NCBI RefSeq assembly: GCF_036971445.1
Contig: NC_091469.1
Coordinates: 353,152,001 to 353,216,000, forward strand
Length of the DNA stretch: 64,000 bases
Direction: 5' to 3'
From: Narcine bancroftii
Taxonomy: Eukaryota
In this document: one piece after another, positions 62,817 through 64,000 of the stretch
Layout of the letters: every line of letters begins with the position of its first letter
Position numbering within the stretch: position 1 is the stretch's first letter
Position numbers and translations under genes: made by a program
Notes under the pieces: model-generated
What the model was told of the DNA's origin: nothing
The model's input: the letters and a program-made list of their open reading frames with translations, nothing else
The model's database searches: none

Positions 62817-64000
62817 TAGAGAAACTGAACATACAATTTCTAGATACGTAGTTGCAGTCTGAATGCAAAATTACAGTTTATAAGTTGACCATGGTAGGAA
62901 ACATTGTATATATTTTGTTTCACAATTACAGCATCACCCCAGAACTCCCATTACAAAAAAACACTTCAAGCCATGGGGGGGGGGGGGGGGGGGGGGGTGT
63001 GGGAGCCTTTATTTAAAAACACTAAATTGGCTAATTTTCCATCCTGACTCCTCCTGGTTATCTTTACAGGGATCTAACACAGGTACTTGGAGCACCTGTT
63101 GAAAGAGTGGGAATAGCACCCTGATGCCAAATGTCAGCCCAGAAAAACAGGTGCCCCATGTACAGCTTGAATGTATACCTGCCGACCTGCCCCCTGCCTC
63201 ACCACAGGATAGCACGGTGATGGGCATCTAGGTCCTGCCTCACCATGAGATGCACAAGCCAAGAGAGGCCTGATGAATGACCTTGCACTGCCTGTTTGCA
63301 GATGGTGGTAAGGGTGCTCACATATGCCAGCTAAGCTGGAGAAACCAGGCATACGAGTCAGTGACCAAAGAAATTCCTTTTTCTAGCCCCCTCTCTGACA
63401 CTGGGGAGCAGATCCCACAGCACTCTGCCCCATCAGTAACACACCAATCCTGTTTGGTCAAGGGTGGGAGGCTGGTAAGATGTTGTCACATAATTTGACT
63501 ATGTGCCTTGTCCAGCATTCGGAAGGCACTAGTGTATGTTTGTAGATGTGTGTGTATATATGTATATTGACCCACTTGATTAGTATTTTTTTTAAACAAA
63601 CCTCTTTGTTTTTACTTATAACATATGCATAGAGTTATTGATTATCTTATGATTGAAGAGTGGTGTGACTTGCGAAGGGTGGATTGTTTTGGGAAAGGTT
63701 GTGTCTGTCATGTGACAGCACTGCCCGCTACCAAGTTGGAGGACACACCAGCTGCCAATCAAGGTTTGGTTCTGCCCCACCCATTAGTGCACCTTGCTGT
63801 TGGATCCATGTAAATTACCCGGCCTGCATTCTCCAGCCTGCCTGTACTTGGTCTTGGGCCATTGGCTGTTGAAATTGGATTAACCCTCCTGGCACTGAAC
63901 CATTGGTACCCTGTAAATGATCTGGGCTGGACCTTCCAGCACTGTAAAGGTGCCATGCGCTCTGTTCTCTCTCTTTGCCAGCTTGGGACCACCTGCTTTG

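Noticed and set aside
34290-64000. Further NEK11 coding exons (expected KVLKEI...HPAIVKF)
   Set aside because: No matching exon found by eye; the intron probably extends past the window.

Overview
Eukaryotic (vertebrate) genomic DNA, repeat-dense. The mix of CR1, L1, Rex-Babar, RTE, Penelope-like, V-SINE and Gypsy repeats fits a cartilaginous fish (inference). Three host genes are recognisable. ASTE1 (minus strand) has three coding exons at 10168-8840, 5776-5569 and 4224-4029; its last exon was not found and is probably left of the window. An intact, intronless, CpG-rich HSCB (HSC20 Fe-S co-chaperone) ORF at 12836-12066 lies just upstream of ASTE1's coding exons on the same strand. The first coding exon of NEK11 (plus strand, 34123-34289) points away from ASTE1, as in mammals. 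The rest is mostly nested transposon debris, several insertions with readable target-site duplications (TSDs). The most striking observation concerns two divergent Gypsy elements (16327-21091 +, 53229-56186 -). Neither has a tRNA-type primer-binding site. In each, the bases right after the 5' LTR are the reverse complement of the element's own LTR segment ending in the ATTAAA poly(A) signal. The paired sequences differ between the elements but the 58-nt spacing is identical, suggesting self-priming and/or poly(A)-signal occlusion. All identifications come from reading the sequence and recalled protein motifs; no searches were run, and repeat boundaries without TSDs are approximate.
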